From the NCBI RefSeq assembly GCF_009834535.1, contig NC_045697.1:25608001-25672000 (forward strand): DNA of 64,000 nt, given 5' to 3'. Under the pieces are notes generated by a model that did no database searches, was not told the origin of the DNA, and saw only the letters and a program-made list of their open reading frames with translations. This document shows, piece after piece, positions 39,330 to 52,919 of this stretch (position 1 is its first letter; every line of letters begins with the position of its first letter). The position numbers and the translations under genes are program-made. The DNA comes from Camelus ferus. Lineage: Eukaryota.

Positions 39330-40392
39330 ATCAAATCAAATCAAATGATCAGTTAAAATCAGAGATGGCAGAAAGAGAGAGATTCAAGAAAAAAGAATAA
39401 ATGCAACAAATAGAAAACAGTTACAAACAAGATTTTAGAATGAGAGGAATGAGCAGAGATAAAGAGGTGCATTATATAAAGATAATGCAGCAAATATCCA
39501 AAAAAGACATAGCAGTCCTAGCAGTGTATGCACCTAACAACAGATTATCCAAATACAGAAAGAAAATCAGATAGAAATGAAAAGAAAAAAAATTTTTTAC
39601 TTTTATTTTCAGAGTTCAATAGCCCTCTTTAAGTAATTGACAAATAAATCAGACAAAATGTATTTGGATGACATGAACATCATTATAAGTCAACTTAACC
39701 TAATTGGCACTTATGAACATGTTTGTTATCCAACAACAGCAGAATACATGTTCTTTTCACACTCACATAGAACATTCACCAAAACAGACTACACTTGAGT
39801 CCATAAAACACATCCTAATAAATTTAAAGGAATAAAAATCATATAAATTATGTTCTCAAACCATAATGAAATCAAAGTAAAATTTAATAAAAGAAAGAAG
39901 AATTCCAAGATACTTTGATCTCAAGGAGGTGGATCATACCTCCCCACTCCTTAAGAGGAGGATGCACTCATAGTCACTTCCAAAAAACAAAGAACATGAA
40001 GAATGGTAAACGTGACTTTTTACTAGGTAGACCTGAGAAACACAACCTCAGCCAGGTCATCAAAGTTAACATCAACAATGATGAGTCATGTCGATGAGAA
40101 ACTCACAACCTAGAGGAGCCTGAGAAGACCTGGCTACTAAATGTCAGTGATATATCCTAGACGGGAGTCTAGAACAGAAGAACATTAGGTAGAAACTAAG
40201 GAAATTTGAATAAAGTATGGAGTACAGATAATAATATCACACCAATGTTGATTCATTACTTGTGAGAAGTGTAGCATACTAATATACAATGTTAAAAGTA
40301 GGGGGAAAGAACTACAGCATATATGGAAACTCTCTGCACTATTGCCAACATTGTCCTATAAGTAACTATTCTAACACAGTTTATTTAAAAAG
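39330..40392 (+). mobile_element. Old L1MC-like element: degenerate ORF2 endonuclease region followed by 3' UTR
   Basis: 'tgtatgcacctaacaacag' (YAPN motif) and 'caacaacagcagaatacatgttc', then 'gaaacacaacctcagccaggtcatcaaagttaacatc' (L1MC 3' UTR). Confidence 0.75.
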
Positions 40393-40984
40393 AGTCAGAT
40401 GAGTGACATCAAGAACTGAAGTGTTACCTACCCATAGAACCTACTATAGAGGTGTTGCTTAGTAAGTTAAGTCTTCTATCTGTTTTTAGTTGTTTCAAAA
40501 TTACCTATGTAATTATGTTTTATTCTATGTTTATTATGCCAGTGTATCAATAATTTAGTCCATCAAGACATTATAGGCAGAAGTAGAATTACTACAAGTA
40601 GTTTGGTGCTTACAGAGTCATTGGAAAGGGTAGGGGATAAGCCTCTGCACCTTGAGTTTCAAGTCACATCACTGCAACTGCAATCTGGTGGTCAGGATAC
40701 TGCTGTCATCCTGTGACATCACTGCTGCCACCCCAGCTGCCTGTTACCCAGACAGTGGGTAATTACGCAGTGGACTGTGGGGTCCGTTGTGGCTCAAACC
40801 CTTATGCTTATCAAGCTAGCTTCTCATCCACACCACTGCAAAAAGCTGATACATCTCACTGCTGCCTTCAGAGTCAAACCTGAGTAAAACCCATTTCCTG
40901 TACATAATTTACATAGAGATCATTAGTGATCAATTTATATTTAAAAAATTCATTTTAGCATTGTTATGTTTTATTTTTTAAAAA

Positions 40985-41300
40985 GCTTTACTTTTTAGAT
41001 GAGTTTTAGGTTCACAACAAAACTAAGTGGAAATTATATAGAATTCCAGCATACCCCCATACCCACACATGCACACTCTCCTCCTAGTATAAATATCCCA
41101 CATCAGAGTGGTAAAATTGATGAACTTATGTTGATGCATCATTTCATTATAACCCAAATCCATAGTTTACATTTGGGTTCCCTCATAGTAAACTCTATGG
41201 GCTTTCTGAATGTGTAACAATGTGTATCCGTGATTATAAGACTAGTTTTACTGCCCTAAAAATCCACAGTGCTCTATCTAGTCATCCTTCCCTCTTCCTG
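40985..41300 (-). mobile_element. L1MC-like 3' end
   Basis: 'agttttaggttcacaacaaaactaagtggaa...catcagagtggta...aaatccatagtttacatt'. Confidence 0.75.
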
Positions 41301-41324
41301 ATTTTAGGTTCTTTAATTATGTAA

Positions 41325-41640
41325 AGAAAAAAGAATTAACACCAATTCTTCTCAAATTCTTGCAAAAGAATATTTCCAAACTCATTTCACAAGGCCAGCA
41401 TCATTGTTATACAAGAGAAGGATACTATAAGAAAAAAAAAATTACAGGTCAGTATCCCTGAATAACACGGATGCAAAAATCCTCAGCAAAATACTAGCAC
41501 ATTGAATTCAGGAGCAAATTAAAAAGAATACACACCATGATCAAGTGGGATTTATCCCTGGAATGCAAGAGTGGTTCAACATATGCACATTAATCAGTGT
41601 GATGCACCACATTAACAAAATAAAAGAGTAAAAATCATGT
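41325..41640 (+). mobile_element. L1 ORF2 reverse-transcriptase fragment
   Basis: Reads NYRSVSLNNTDAKILSKILA and [15 protein letters not shown] (L1 RT motifs), with stops. Confidence 0.85.
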
Positions 41641-41842
41641 ATATACAGAGAACAGAGTAGTGGTTACCAGAGGGGAAAGGGCAGGGGTATGGCAAAATGG
41701 GTAAAGAGGGTCAACTATATGGCGACAGGTGGAAACAAGATTTGGTAGTAAACATGCTATAGTGTATACCGAACTAGAAGTATAATGTATACATGAAACT
41801 TGTGTAATATCATAAAACACTGTTACCTTAATAAAAAATAAG
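41641..41842 (+). mobile_element. L1 3' UTR end (second subfamily)
   Basis: 'tacagagaacagagtagtggttaccagagggg...tgttaccttaataaaaaataa'. Confidence 0.7.
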
Positions 41843-41859
41843 TGAATATCACTGGAAGG

Positions 41860-42422
41860 AGGAAAAATGAAAGAAAATGTGATATACATACACAATGGAA
41901 AATTATTCAGTCACAGAAAAGAAAAATTCCTGCCATTTATGATATCCAGAATGAACATGGAGGGTATTTTGCTGAGTGAAATAAACCAGACAGAGAAAAA
42001 AAAACACTGTATGGTATCACTTACAGGTGGAATCGCAAAAAAAAAGGAAAAGTAAGTTGATTTCATAGATACAGAGAACAGAAGGGTGGTTGTCAGAGTC
42101 CAAGGTAAGGGGAGATGGAGAGGTGTAGGTCAAAGGGTACAAATGTTCAGTTGTAAGAAGAACTTCTGAGGATTTAATGTACATCATGGTGACTATAGTT
42201 AATAGTATAGTGTTACATACTTAAAAGTTGCTGAGAGTAGATCTTAAGCATCCTGATCACACATAAAAATTAACTATGTGATATGATGGATGTGTTAATT
42301 ATCTTAATTTCTTTAATTATTCCACAATATATATGCATATCAAACCACCATATTGCACACTTAAAATATATACAATTATATTTGTCAATTATTCCCCAAG
42401 AAAGTTGGGTGAAAAAAAGAAA
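41860..42422 (+). mobile_element. L1MA-like 3' end
   Basis: 'aaatgtgatatacatacacaatggaaaatt...gctgagtgaaataaaccagacagag...gtacatcatggtgactatagttaata'. Confidence 0.85.
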
Positions 42423-42519
42423 GGAGATCATAAACTTTTGCCCATCCAAAGAAAGATTAACTTAATTTTGAAGAGATGTTCTTATAATTAATATAATATA
42501 GTTATAATCACTTTATATT

Positions 42520-43076
42520 CATTTTATATTGATACATAACAAATTACTATAAATTTATCCACATAAAGCAACACAAATTTATTATCTCATAGTTTCTTTG
42601 GGTCAGAAATCTGAGCACAGCTTAGGTGGATTTTCTGCTCAGGGTCTCAGAAGCGGGCAATCAAGGCCCACCTTCTCGTCTGGAGGCTTGACTGGAGAAG
42701 AATTCAATTCTAAGCTCATTCACGCTGTTGGCAGAATTCATTCCCTTACCGTTGTGTGAGTAAGGATGCTGCGTTTTTGCTGACCATCTGCTGGAAGCTG
42801 CTTCACGTGCAAGAGGCTGCCCATGGTTTCTAGAGGCTGCCCACAGTTCCTTGCCAAATGAGCTTTCTTAGCATGACCGTTTATTTCGCCAAGCCTGCAC
42901 GGAGAATCTGATCTGAGGTTTTAATTATATCTCCAAAAGTTCTTCACCTTTCCCGCATTCTATTGTCTAGAGGCAAATCTGAGGTCCCGCCACACTCAGC
43001 GGGAAGGGACTACACCAGGCATGAACATCCAGGGGCAGGAATCATGGGGCCCACTCCAAGGTCTGCATTGTACACC
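42520..43076 (-). mobile_element. MLT1F-like solo LTR
   Basis: 'caacacaaatttattatctcatagtttc...tctaagctcattcacgctgttggcagaattc...gggcaggaatcatggggcc'. Confidence 0.8.
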
Positions 43077-43104
43077 AAGTGATAATAGTGATTTTGTTTT
43101 GTGC

Positions 43105-43310
43105 AGTTAGGATCATGGACTTTGAGGAGAACAGATGGGTTATAGTTCTAGCTCTAACAATTGTCAGCTTTGTCAAGTTACATCACTTCACTTCTGTAAA
43201 GATCAATTCTTCCATACATAAAGTACGGATACTAAGACCTACTTCATAAGGAATACCACGTGAGATGATAATTCTCAGCACTTCCTCTCATACCTACCAC
43301 TTACAAATAA
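43105..43310 (+). mobile_element. MIR fragment
   Basis: 'gatcatggactttg...tctagctct...acctacttcataagg'. Confidence 0.55.
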
Positions 43311-46300
43311 TTTGAACTTTTAATTATTATTATAATTACTAAATATGTACTTTTTGAGTAATCATAATATATTTTTTAGAATAAATAGATTAAAAAGATA
43401 TGTACTAGCTGTTTAACTTTATTTTTACTAAGATCCTAGTTCTGAGCCCAAATCTGTAAAAGGGAATTTGATTATACTAGACCTATAAATAAATTATTTA
43501 AGTGGAAATGGCAAGAATTTTTTTGTAATCATTCAGCTTTTGGGTACTTTAAAATTAGCTCCAGAGGAAATGATTCTGTCTGTCAACACACTTGTTTTCC
43601 TACCAAGTTATCCAGCACTGTTTGAGGTTTTTCTAATGTTGTGTCTTTTTTCCCCAATTATGTTTTCCACTTTCCTCCTGGCTGCAGATTTCAACTCTAT
43701 ACAGTGGCAGCTTAAATATTTATAAAGCATAAGCTACAGACTTTCTTTCAAACCTGCCTTAAAATTGAAAAGTGAAACTGAAAATGTAGTGATAACATCA
43801 AAAACAAATATGTTGACTTGGCGAATTCTGAAGTGCACAAAGAAGTTTTGGAAAACCGTGGTTTTTCTATCCCTGTTTCCAAATGACAGCAGGCCTATTT
43901 CTTCTCATAATACTTTGCAATTCTATTTTTAAATTGACACCAAAAAATCAATGCTGATAATTTCAGAAGCTACCAACTCTACTTGATTGTGAAAATCCAA
44001 CTGGAAATTCACAGAGTTGGCGTCCCTTCCCTCCAAGGGTCCAGAATAAGGAAATGAAAGGGAGAAGGGGAACTGTCATTTGTTGAGAGTCAGCCACGTA
44101 TGAGCCACTTTCTTTCACTTTTATAAATGCTTTTCTTTAATGCTTTCACTTCATGAAATGCATTAGGGAAAGAGAGGAGTTCTAAAACATATGACCAATT
44201 TCATAATTTCAGTTTGTAATCTTGTAATTTTTTTAATCTTAGATTGATGTTTGTCAAAAAAATTTTCAATATTTTCTACTGCCTATCAAATCTATCCACA
44301 AGTTAAAAAAATACTTTATCACTGATAAGGTGGACTTTGACACACACAAATATGCATGCACAAGCCCGTGCATGCACACACACCATACCTATGAGGAAAT
44401 TTTGAAGGTTTTTTTTTTTTTTTTTTCAAAAAAGGAAGGAGAGGGGAGGTATTGACTATAATTTAAGAAGTCTGAGGAAAACAAGAAAAATTATGGGTAT
44501 ATTGAAGAGCCTTTGAATATGATTATGAAGTTTGTTCAGTTGTCCTGGAGGAAGACAACAAGTGGTGGCACAGAGCTTCTTCTAAACTAGAGGATGAGTC
44601 GGTCTAACCCTGAAGCTCACCTAATTTATATTCTTAAGTATCAGCTTTATTGATAATAAAGATTCTACTTTAATTTTTATCCACCAGAACCTTCTTTTTT
44701 TTTTTCCCTTAACAGATGTTGAACTTAAGTGAAGAAAATAGAAATACCATCCATTGAATTTCTTCAAACCCTAACAGAATGGTGAGTTTACAGTGATGAC
44801 TTTTTTATATTAAATAATATTAATTCTAATCAATTACCTTTGATATATTGCATTTTGCCTTTTATGCTTATTTGTGTGTTTCTCATTCTTATAAAACTGC
44901 AATTTCCTGTGTGCAGTGATTATTGCTGTCTTATTTTTATTGTGACTTCCCTTTGAAAAGAGACAAATAAGCCTACTAAGCTGGAACACTACTCTGCCTT
45001 TTTAAGCAAACATTATGGATTTTGAGTATTTGTTCTAGTCAGCAAGCCTATCAGAGTTCACAGCACAACTGACAATTAAACAGACACAGATTTTTTTAAG
45101 CTACATTATTATAAACTCCTCATTCTGATTGTTCTGTTATTGTAGGTTCAAACAGAAGTCACAACCATTGGACAAATAATTAAAGCCAACTTTAACGCAT
45201 GTTTGTAGATAATAAGATCTTACTATTTATAGAACAGGATATAATTTCACAAGTTTTCCAATACTTTTTCAAATTCTAGCCTCTCATCCACTTGGAGGTA
45301 TATGAATATATAACTGAAAACTGTATTTGTCTGCCAATCTGCAGAATTTGAGAACTTTATGGCTTCAATATATTGACCTAGATAGGTGGCATTTGTTATC
45401 TTTATTTTATTACATAATTTTTTACAGAGAAAAACTCAATATAGGTTAATGAAATAAATATATTGCCAAAACTTGATTTTTCCGTGCAGTAAACCAATTC
45501 AATTACTCAAATGAACCCATCGGGTATGTCATGAAAATGAGTAGCACCTTTGAATGTAACACAAATGTAGTAGCATGCCATGTCCAGCTCTCAGGAACTA
45601 ATGAGGCAGCTCACAGAGCTGCTCAAGTCACAAGAGACCTGTGAAGAGGGTCAGGATCTTTGTGATCATTGTTTGACAAGGCAGCCAGCTTAAGGGATTT
45701 TTTTCTTTTTTATCAACTGCACTTCAGATCTGCTTAGTTTCTCTCCTGCCAGCTGTGTGTTCTCCCCTTTCTAAAGCCTCTCCTGTATTTCCTCGGGAAA
45801 TGAATGAGACCTGAAGAGTGAGTCTTGGCAATTATATCGACGTGACCCTGTTTTCCCAGGCAGTGCTGACCTCACAGCAGTTCCACGTCTCTCATTTTTC
45901 TCACAGATGCATCTTACACCGGCACCTTTGCTTGTGAGACAGACTGCAAATTGCTGTAAGCACAGACTTTAAGAAATTGAGAAAAACTTCTAAAGTCTGA
46001 AATTAGCTGTTATTTTCAACTGTAATTAATTTTATGTTAAAAGGATATTCTTTCGGTTATAAAGGATATTCTTTATAAAACACAAGATAAAATATGCGTA
46101 GAACCATTCAAATGCGTTACCCTTTTGCTCATGCTCCAAAGATGTAAAACATTTGAATCGCTTAGCAAAATACATCTTTCTTAAAGGTTAATCAGTGAAC
46201 CAGTTCTCTCCCCTAAATCTCTGTTTTGTTTTTTTTTCCCTTCTATAAAAATCTAGGAAAATCACACAGTCTCAAAGATCCCTTCTTCTTCATTTGTTTT

Positions 46301-46519
46301 CTAATTGTTCTAAGATAAGGCAGCAGAGTTAAATGAAGGAACAGAGCCTGCACTTTCTCTCCCCAGGCTTCGTGTGGGACATCCTCTCCATCCCTCTTAG
46401 AGTTTCAGAGTCAATGTTTCTTTTCTATATGAAGGCAACATAATTGGATGCCATATATATATGCAAAAATTACTCGTTAGAAGGATACTTTTGAAATTCA
46501 TTTGTTTATTTCATTCTCA

Positions 46520-48480
46520 GTAATGTTTCCCATACCACACCTTCTTCAGAACCATCCCAATGCCCTGCTCCCTTTACAGCAAACCGTCCTAAAAATTAGT
46601 TCTACTGCTGCTGTTTCTAATTCCTCACCTCACTTTCCCTGTGCGCATACTCTAGTTAGGTTCCAACAATCCTTGTGCAGCTAAAACTTCTTGTTAAGGA
46701 CCACTGCAACATCCACACTGCAATCCAGTGTCATTTTAATGCACTGCCTCATTCAGGGTTGCAACAGGAACCCTATAACATAATAAAAGTTAGTGTAATT
46801 CAAGGAAGGTTGAATACAGGATTTAATTATAAAAGAGGGGAAGACTCTAGAGTTACCACAGGAATAAAATAGCACCCAAGGTTGGCTAACAGTAGTGCTA
46901 TTATTAACCCTAATCCTGGAATAAATATGAAAGAACACACTTGCTAATCAGAAAGAAAACTGTAATGAAGATGGGGCCACGTAGAGAGGAGTTATGTCTT
47001 CCAATAAAGGAACAAAGCCAGCCCAAGGCAAGCCCCCAAGAAAGGAGGTAGGAAATAAACATTCTGACTTGACTCTCGTCTTTCTATCCGATCTCATGCT
47101 GGGGGTCCCAGTCAACTGAGCTGACAAAATCCAGAAATCAAAAAAACACTCGATTATTTAGCACATCTCAGCCTTTGGGGATAGAACGCAGGTAAGTGAA
47201 TAATAAAGAGTGGACCTGGAAGGTTAAAGAACACATCCTTATATGCATCACCCCATTCACTCACCTCTCAGGAGTGCTCTACACAGTTGACCGCTCCCCA
47301 CTTCCTAAAACGCTCTCTTCACTTGTCCTCCATGCCAGCACATCCTCTTAGGTTTCCTCTTAATTAACTAATCACTCTTTCTCTCCATCTCTTCCTCCAC
47401 TCAAATTTTAAGTGTTGTTATTATTCCAAGGTAGATCTTAGGCCTTCTCTTTCCATAAAACCTTATTTTATGAGCGCTTTAAATACTATAATTGTAACTT
47501 TTAATTCATAACTCCAACATGGAAGTTTTTGTAAGATTCAAACTCACATACTAAACCATCTGTACCAGATGTCCAAGAAGAAACCTCAAAATTAATATTT
47601 AAAGAATAAAACAATCGCCCTCCTCTCCTCCCATCCCTGCCCAAGTTGTTATTTTCTTCATCTTATCCATCCCTCTAAACAGAGCCACCATCTACCTTCT
47701 TGTTCAAACTGAAAATGGAGAATCATTCCTACTTTCTTATTTTTCTTTCTATATCACAACCTATCCATTTGTAAGTCCTGTAGGCCCTACCTCAAAAACG
47801 TACTCCCCAGATGCTCTTTTTTCTCCATTCATCACCATTTCTGATGCAGATTTCAGAAGTAGCTTCAATGACAAATCTCTTTACCCTGCTACACTCTCTA
47901 CATAAAATTCCAAAGAAACCAAAACTGACTCTTGAAAAATATAAGTCAGATAATGTCCCATTTTTGCTTGGAATCTTCCAAGCTTCCTTTTTGCATATGG
48001 ACTCAAATCCACATGTTTCATCATAGTAAAAATTTCCTACGTGACTTGCTGCCTACTGAGCTCTTTGGCCTAATCCGCTCTTCTCCCAATGGTTCTTCAC
48101 TCCCTTGCTTCATGGGCTTTCTAACTATTTTTTGCCCTCACTGTTTTCTCACTTGGATCCTCTGTTCTGTCATCCCTTTAGGGCTCACTCTATTACTTTC
48201 ATTCAGATCTCTGCCCAAACACACCTCCTTAGTAAGACCTACTCTGACCACCCAATCTAAGTTATCACCCAAGTCATAGTGTTTTGTTGTGTTTCTAGCA
48301 GTTATCAGTTTTCTTGCCTCTATACTTTTTGTTTTTTTCTGTTTCTCTTCACTAAAATGTAAAATTCCACGAGATCTGTGATTTTATCTTGTTTTTTCAC
48401 AGCTATAACCCCAGCATCTAGAGAAAAGTGACTCAGAATAGACACTGATTTTGTTTGATGTAGAATGAATGAATTCTTTA
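46520..48480 (+). mobile_element. L2 LINE, interrupted by an LTR
   Basis: L2 motifs on both sides of the LTR ('cacagttgaccgctccc...ctctcttcacttg'); 3' end 'aaaatgtaaaattccacgag...gaatgaatgaa'. Confidence 0.7.
46745..47245 (-). mobile_element. LTR33/LTR41-like ERVL LTR
   Basis: 'cagggttgcaacaggaa' start and 'gagtggacctggaagg' end; same organisation as 54812-55876. Confidence 0.55.
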
Positions 48481-50109
48481 GTTTCAGTATTCAATTATAG
48501 TTCCATGTAAGGGAGAAGATGGGTGGTCCTTTAAAAAGAAAAACATAGGACATAAATTTTTTTCCAAGCAGGAAAAAAACAATTGAATGATTTGAAGGAA
48601 AAGGACAGGAACTGAGAAATGTGTCCTAGATCCCCTGTCTGGGCAGAAACTCTGAAGCCAGCAAAAGCTAGAAATAACAAGATATACTAGGGGTTTTGTT
48701 TATCACTTACAAAATTGGAAGCTTTTAAGCATTTTAGAGAAAGGCAGAGTCCTCTGCTGCATTCCAGATGGTCATGATGCAAAGGAGGGACACCCAGTAG
48801 AGCACCAAAGGACTATTAAACGTGCCACATGATAGTTCTTGTGGTGCTAATATCAATAGTGTCACTGAGCTCTCTAAGAACTGGAGCCAACAGGGAGCAA
48901 ACCATAAATTTGATTACCTACAGATTTTAGCAGTAGATATCAGTACCTTGCCCAAAAGAAGATAGCAACGTGTCATCATTAGATGCTCAAAGACTAAGGC
49001 AATCAGAGTAAGGCAATGAAACAATTTTACCTATTGCCATGAGAATATATGATCCTTAACACCAAAGAACATTCCACTTTCCTAGGTCCAGTAATACTGA
49101 GTTCATATTTTCAACCAAATTTATGAGATATAGTAGCTTCTTCCTGCAATAAACTTCCTTGGCTTTAAGAAATTTGATAAGCAAGTAATACCATAGATTA
49201 TAAGAAACACAATAGAAAACCAGGTCGAGCATCTGAATATCTTGGAATCACTCTGTCCTTGACACTGCAGGGTCACAATGATGATTAGATGTGTTCAACC
49301 TCAGCTTAGGGAAGTCATCAGATCTAAACTTCTTTTCAGCTTTTTTTCCTAATTAATAGACTTAGAAATATGTGACTAGCTTCCATTCTCTGGTTTAGGT
49401 GCATCTCATCAGCACCAGTTAGTCATCACTCATTAGTCAAATATTTATATTAAAGTCTAGGTGTTGCTCTAGTATTCAGTTGTTGGCCAGATTCTCATTT
49501 CCCTTGGATCCTGTATTCTCCTAGAAATTTCCTAAGTCAGTGTTACAAGGAGTATTTGACCAAAGGTCCTTTGGCATTTCAGAAGGTAGAAGAGAGAAAA
49601 AAGAATTATCTATTTACCCTCCCCCTCCTCCAAGTTCACCAGCTGATCATTGTCAATTATCCCTTAGTTAATACTTCTCAGCATTTTCTTAAAATGTATA
49701 CTAGAGTAATTTCTATAACATTTAATGCATAATAATAGACATACAAAAATACTATCAGTCAGTATCATTTGTATCAGTCAATAAATTAGAAAAAATATGG
49801 TTATTGTGATCATACATGCTTAATTTTTTTAACATTCTGTTATCAACTAGACTATTTTCCCCTCTCCTCTTTATCCTACTTATATTTTTTACAGGTAATT
49901 AGCAGAGGTATACAACACTCCAAAGGTACAATTATTAGTTTTTCAGCTCATCAGTCTTCAAGGATATTGTATCAATTGTGGCTTTTAAAACAATTTACAG
50001 AATAATTTCCATCCTGGGTTTATTGTTTATGTAAGCTTTACTTTCACTTACCTCTATAAGTAAACTTATGAATTCTTTACCAAATCATATGGCTTTGGGA
50101 ATCTTAGCC

Positions 50110-50600
50110 AGAGTCATTATTTTGGTTATTGATTGCTAAATAACAAGCCACCTCAAGATTTTGTAGCTTAAAAAAAAACTTAAAAAATTGTTTTTTATCT
50201 TTCCTTGTTTTGTGAATTCACTGGGATGTACTGGGAAGTTGTTTCACTGGCTTCACCTGGAGTGTCTCATACAACTGCAGTGAGAGGACAGCTGGTGCTG
50301 AAGTCCCTGGAGTCTCAGTGTGATGATGGGACTCCTGCATCTTTCCCTGTCTTCATGTGACATCAAGGCTTCTCCTCTCCAAGTGGCTTCTCCATAGGCT
50401 CTCTCCATATATTCAGCAGAGTAGTCATACCTCTTACGTATTATCTCAGAGCTTATGATCGTGAGAGGAAGCAGCAGCTGCCTGTCATCTTGAAGTCTAG
50501 ACATGTAACAGGTGCAGGGACCCTCTCCACAGTCTACTGGTCAACATGAGTTACAGGCCAGCCCACATTTGAAGTGTAAGTAGACTATCCAGGGGACATC
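50110..50600 (-). mobile_element. Old MLT1 (H/I/J-like) LTR
   Basis: 'ataacaagccacctcaagattttgtagcttaaaa', 'tctactggtcaacatgagttacaggccagcccac'. Confidence 0.7.
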
Positions 50601-50609
50601 CTAAAGGCC

Positions 50610-51950
50610 ACTTTAATTTATCCCCAAATTCCCACAAAGATTTCTAGAATTGCATTCTCCATTTAGGAGTATTCTTAAATATCCAATTATCTAGGATCCA
50701 ATTTGCAGACTATGCAACAAAACTGTTGGCCAAAACCCAAGCATTAACCTGGAAGTGAGAGCCTAATTCTTCCTTCAGTACCAGATACACTGTTCTCATT
50801 TCTGCTCATTGTATAGGTTCATCTTTTCCTTTCTCAGCCAAAGCGAATAGCAGCAGACTTTCAAATGACACTGCATTCCTTACTTTGAGATTTCCATCAG
50901 TCAACCAGACAATTTGCTCCATGCTAAGTTCATGGAGAATATTTAAATATATTTTATCCATTAATAGTTACTGACCATTTCTTTGGGGATTGCCTATCCA
51001 AAAGCAGAGATGTAACCTGTCTTTGGTCATGATACATAGGTGGCATATTACTGTAATCTATTTCTACATTATCTTTGAGCTTTGCTGAACTGGTCCATCC
51101 TTATTGAAATACAACTATGACAGAAAAGGCATTTCAGTTCTTAGCTTATTTGATGTCTCTCAGTGGTGATGTTTCACCAAAGTTCATTAGCAGTTTGTCA
51201 TATGTCCCTCAAAGGAGCTATAGCTATCCACTGCATCAGGTAACTTACGAGCCCAAAGCTTCAATGATCACTGCTGTGGGAAAATACTAGATTTCTGCAA
51301 TAGACCCCATCCTCTTTCTGTCTGTATAGTGGTTACTTCCATAATCATTTGTGCAGTAACATCACATGGCCTTAACGATGCTGCTTGAGTTCAGCCTGCT
51401 ACATGCCTAAGTGCTCTGCACCACATGTCAATGTGCAACTTCATGTCTCAGGACTAAAAGGAGCCTCCAGGAGAGCAGACATCAAGATTTTAATGGGTCC
51501 AACTAAATCCAAATGACCTGATAATAAATTATGCATTTTTCTTATCAGTAGGGTCTGGTATAGACTATAGCATATTCCATAATTTCTGTGGAATGTCACG
51601 GAATGTCCCCTATGGCTAAAGACCGAGTCATTCACAAATTTAACTGATTGGGTTGGGCCCTATCTTTTAGCTTCATCTAATCATATGCATCATCATAATT
51701 CTTAAATAATTTATTACGTCTTCCTCTGATCAATCAATGTTATGGATTCACTTACTTTTGTCATTGACCAAATCTGTATGGCATCTCACTGGGCTACGAC
51801 ATATGCCTGAGAACCCTAATAGGAGGATGATCAGTGCTTGGAGGCTTCCTTCTAAAACTGGCATGGAAAGAAAGTCTTGACCACGTCTCTTAGAACATCC
51901 CAGTAGAGTTGATGTTAATTTGTTAGAATTCCTGAATTCCAACACTATAT
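50610..51950 (-). mobile_element. Possible MLT1 internal region
   Basis: Directly abuts the MLT1 LTR on the side expected for a 3' LTR; composition differs from the AT-rich flanks. No diagnostic motif verified. Confidence 0.35.
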
Positions 51951-52789
51951 GTGACGTGCAGAAGCTATTTTATTCAATCAAATAGCTTTTCCCCTTTGAT
52001 TTGTTTAAAAACATACTAATAAGAGGAAGAGAGGTATATAAGAGAAAGACTAGAACCGTAACCTAAAACACTATAGGCAAAATATTGAGTGGTTTATCAG
52101 TCTGTTCTATTCACAGTTATGTTCTCTGAAGTTACACCTGACTATTCTAATTGTCAAACTCTCAACATCTATCACTTTTTTTTTAAATGCATCTGATTTA
52201 CTTCATGTCTGCTCCTAAAACTGTAACTTATTCTTAGATCTAATTGTCCACCTTTTTCCAAATATATTTTTCTTTACTTTGTAGCACTAGAAATCACAGT
52301 CTTATTTTTTTAATCACTTTTATCATTTCCTGAATAATAGGAACGATTAGGAAGGGTGATATAATATTTCTCAATATATGTATTCCTATAAAGTAAAGAA
52401 CTTATATGTACACGTGTACAAATTTAAAGTGAAAAAAGAAATAATCAGAAGGTAAGTCTAAAATAAACACTGTTTTTTGGGGCAGGGGGGTTGTTTTTTG
52501 TAATTCTTACCCTAGAGGCTACAAACAGATGAGATGGGTTCTGAGAGCTAGGTAATAAAATTGGAGCTAAAATTTTAATTTTCTTTACTATTTTGAAAAA
52601 CTGTTATATCCTGTTAAAGTGTACACTATGAAAATATGTTTAATTTTTGGCATTGCGTGAAAAAATAATAATGTAATTATAAATGAAATTGTAAATTAAA
52701 TGAGGAACAACCATATTTTTCTTATGGAAGAAACCAGCTAGGAACACATCATCTATTTACATTTACTCATAGTCACATGTAAACCTCAA

Positions 52790-52842
52790 AGAAAGAAGGA
52801 AGGAAGCAGGGAAAGAAGGAAAGAAGAAAGAAAAGAAAGAGA
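52790..52842. repeat. Purine-rich (GAAG/GAAA)n low-complexity tract
   Basis: Direct reading. Confidence 0.8.
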
Positions 52843-52919
52843 ATCACCTTTAGGATAAATTTCTTTATCACCCAATTCAGAATACCAACGGATCAACTGA
52901 TGTAAAGAAGTACCCTCTT

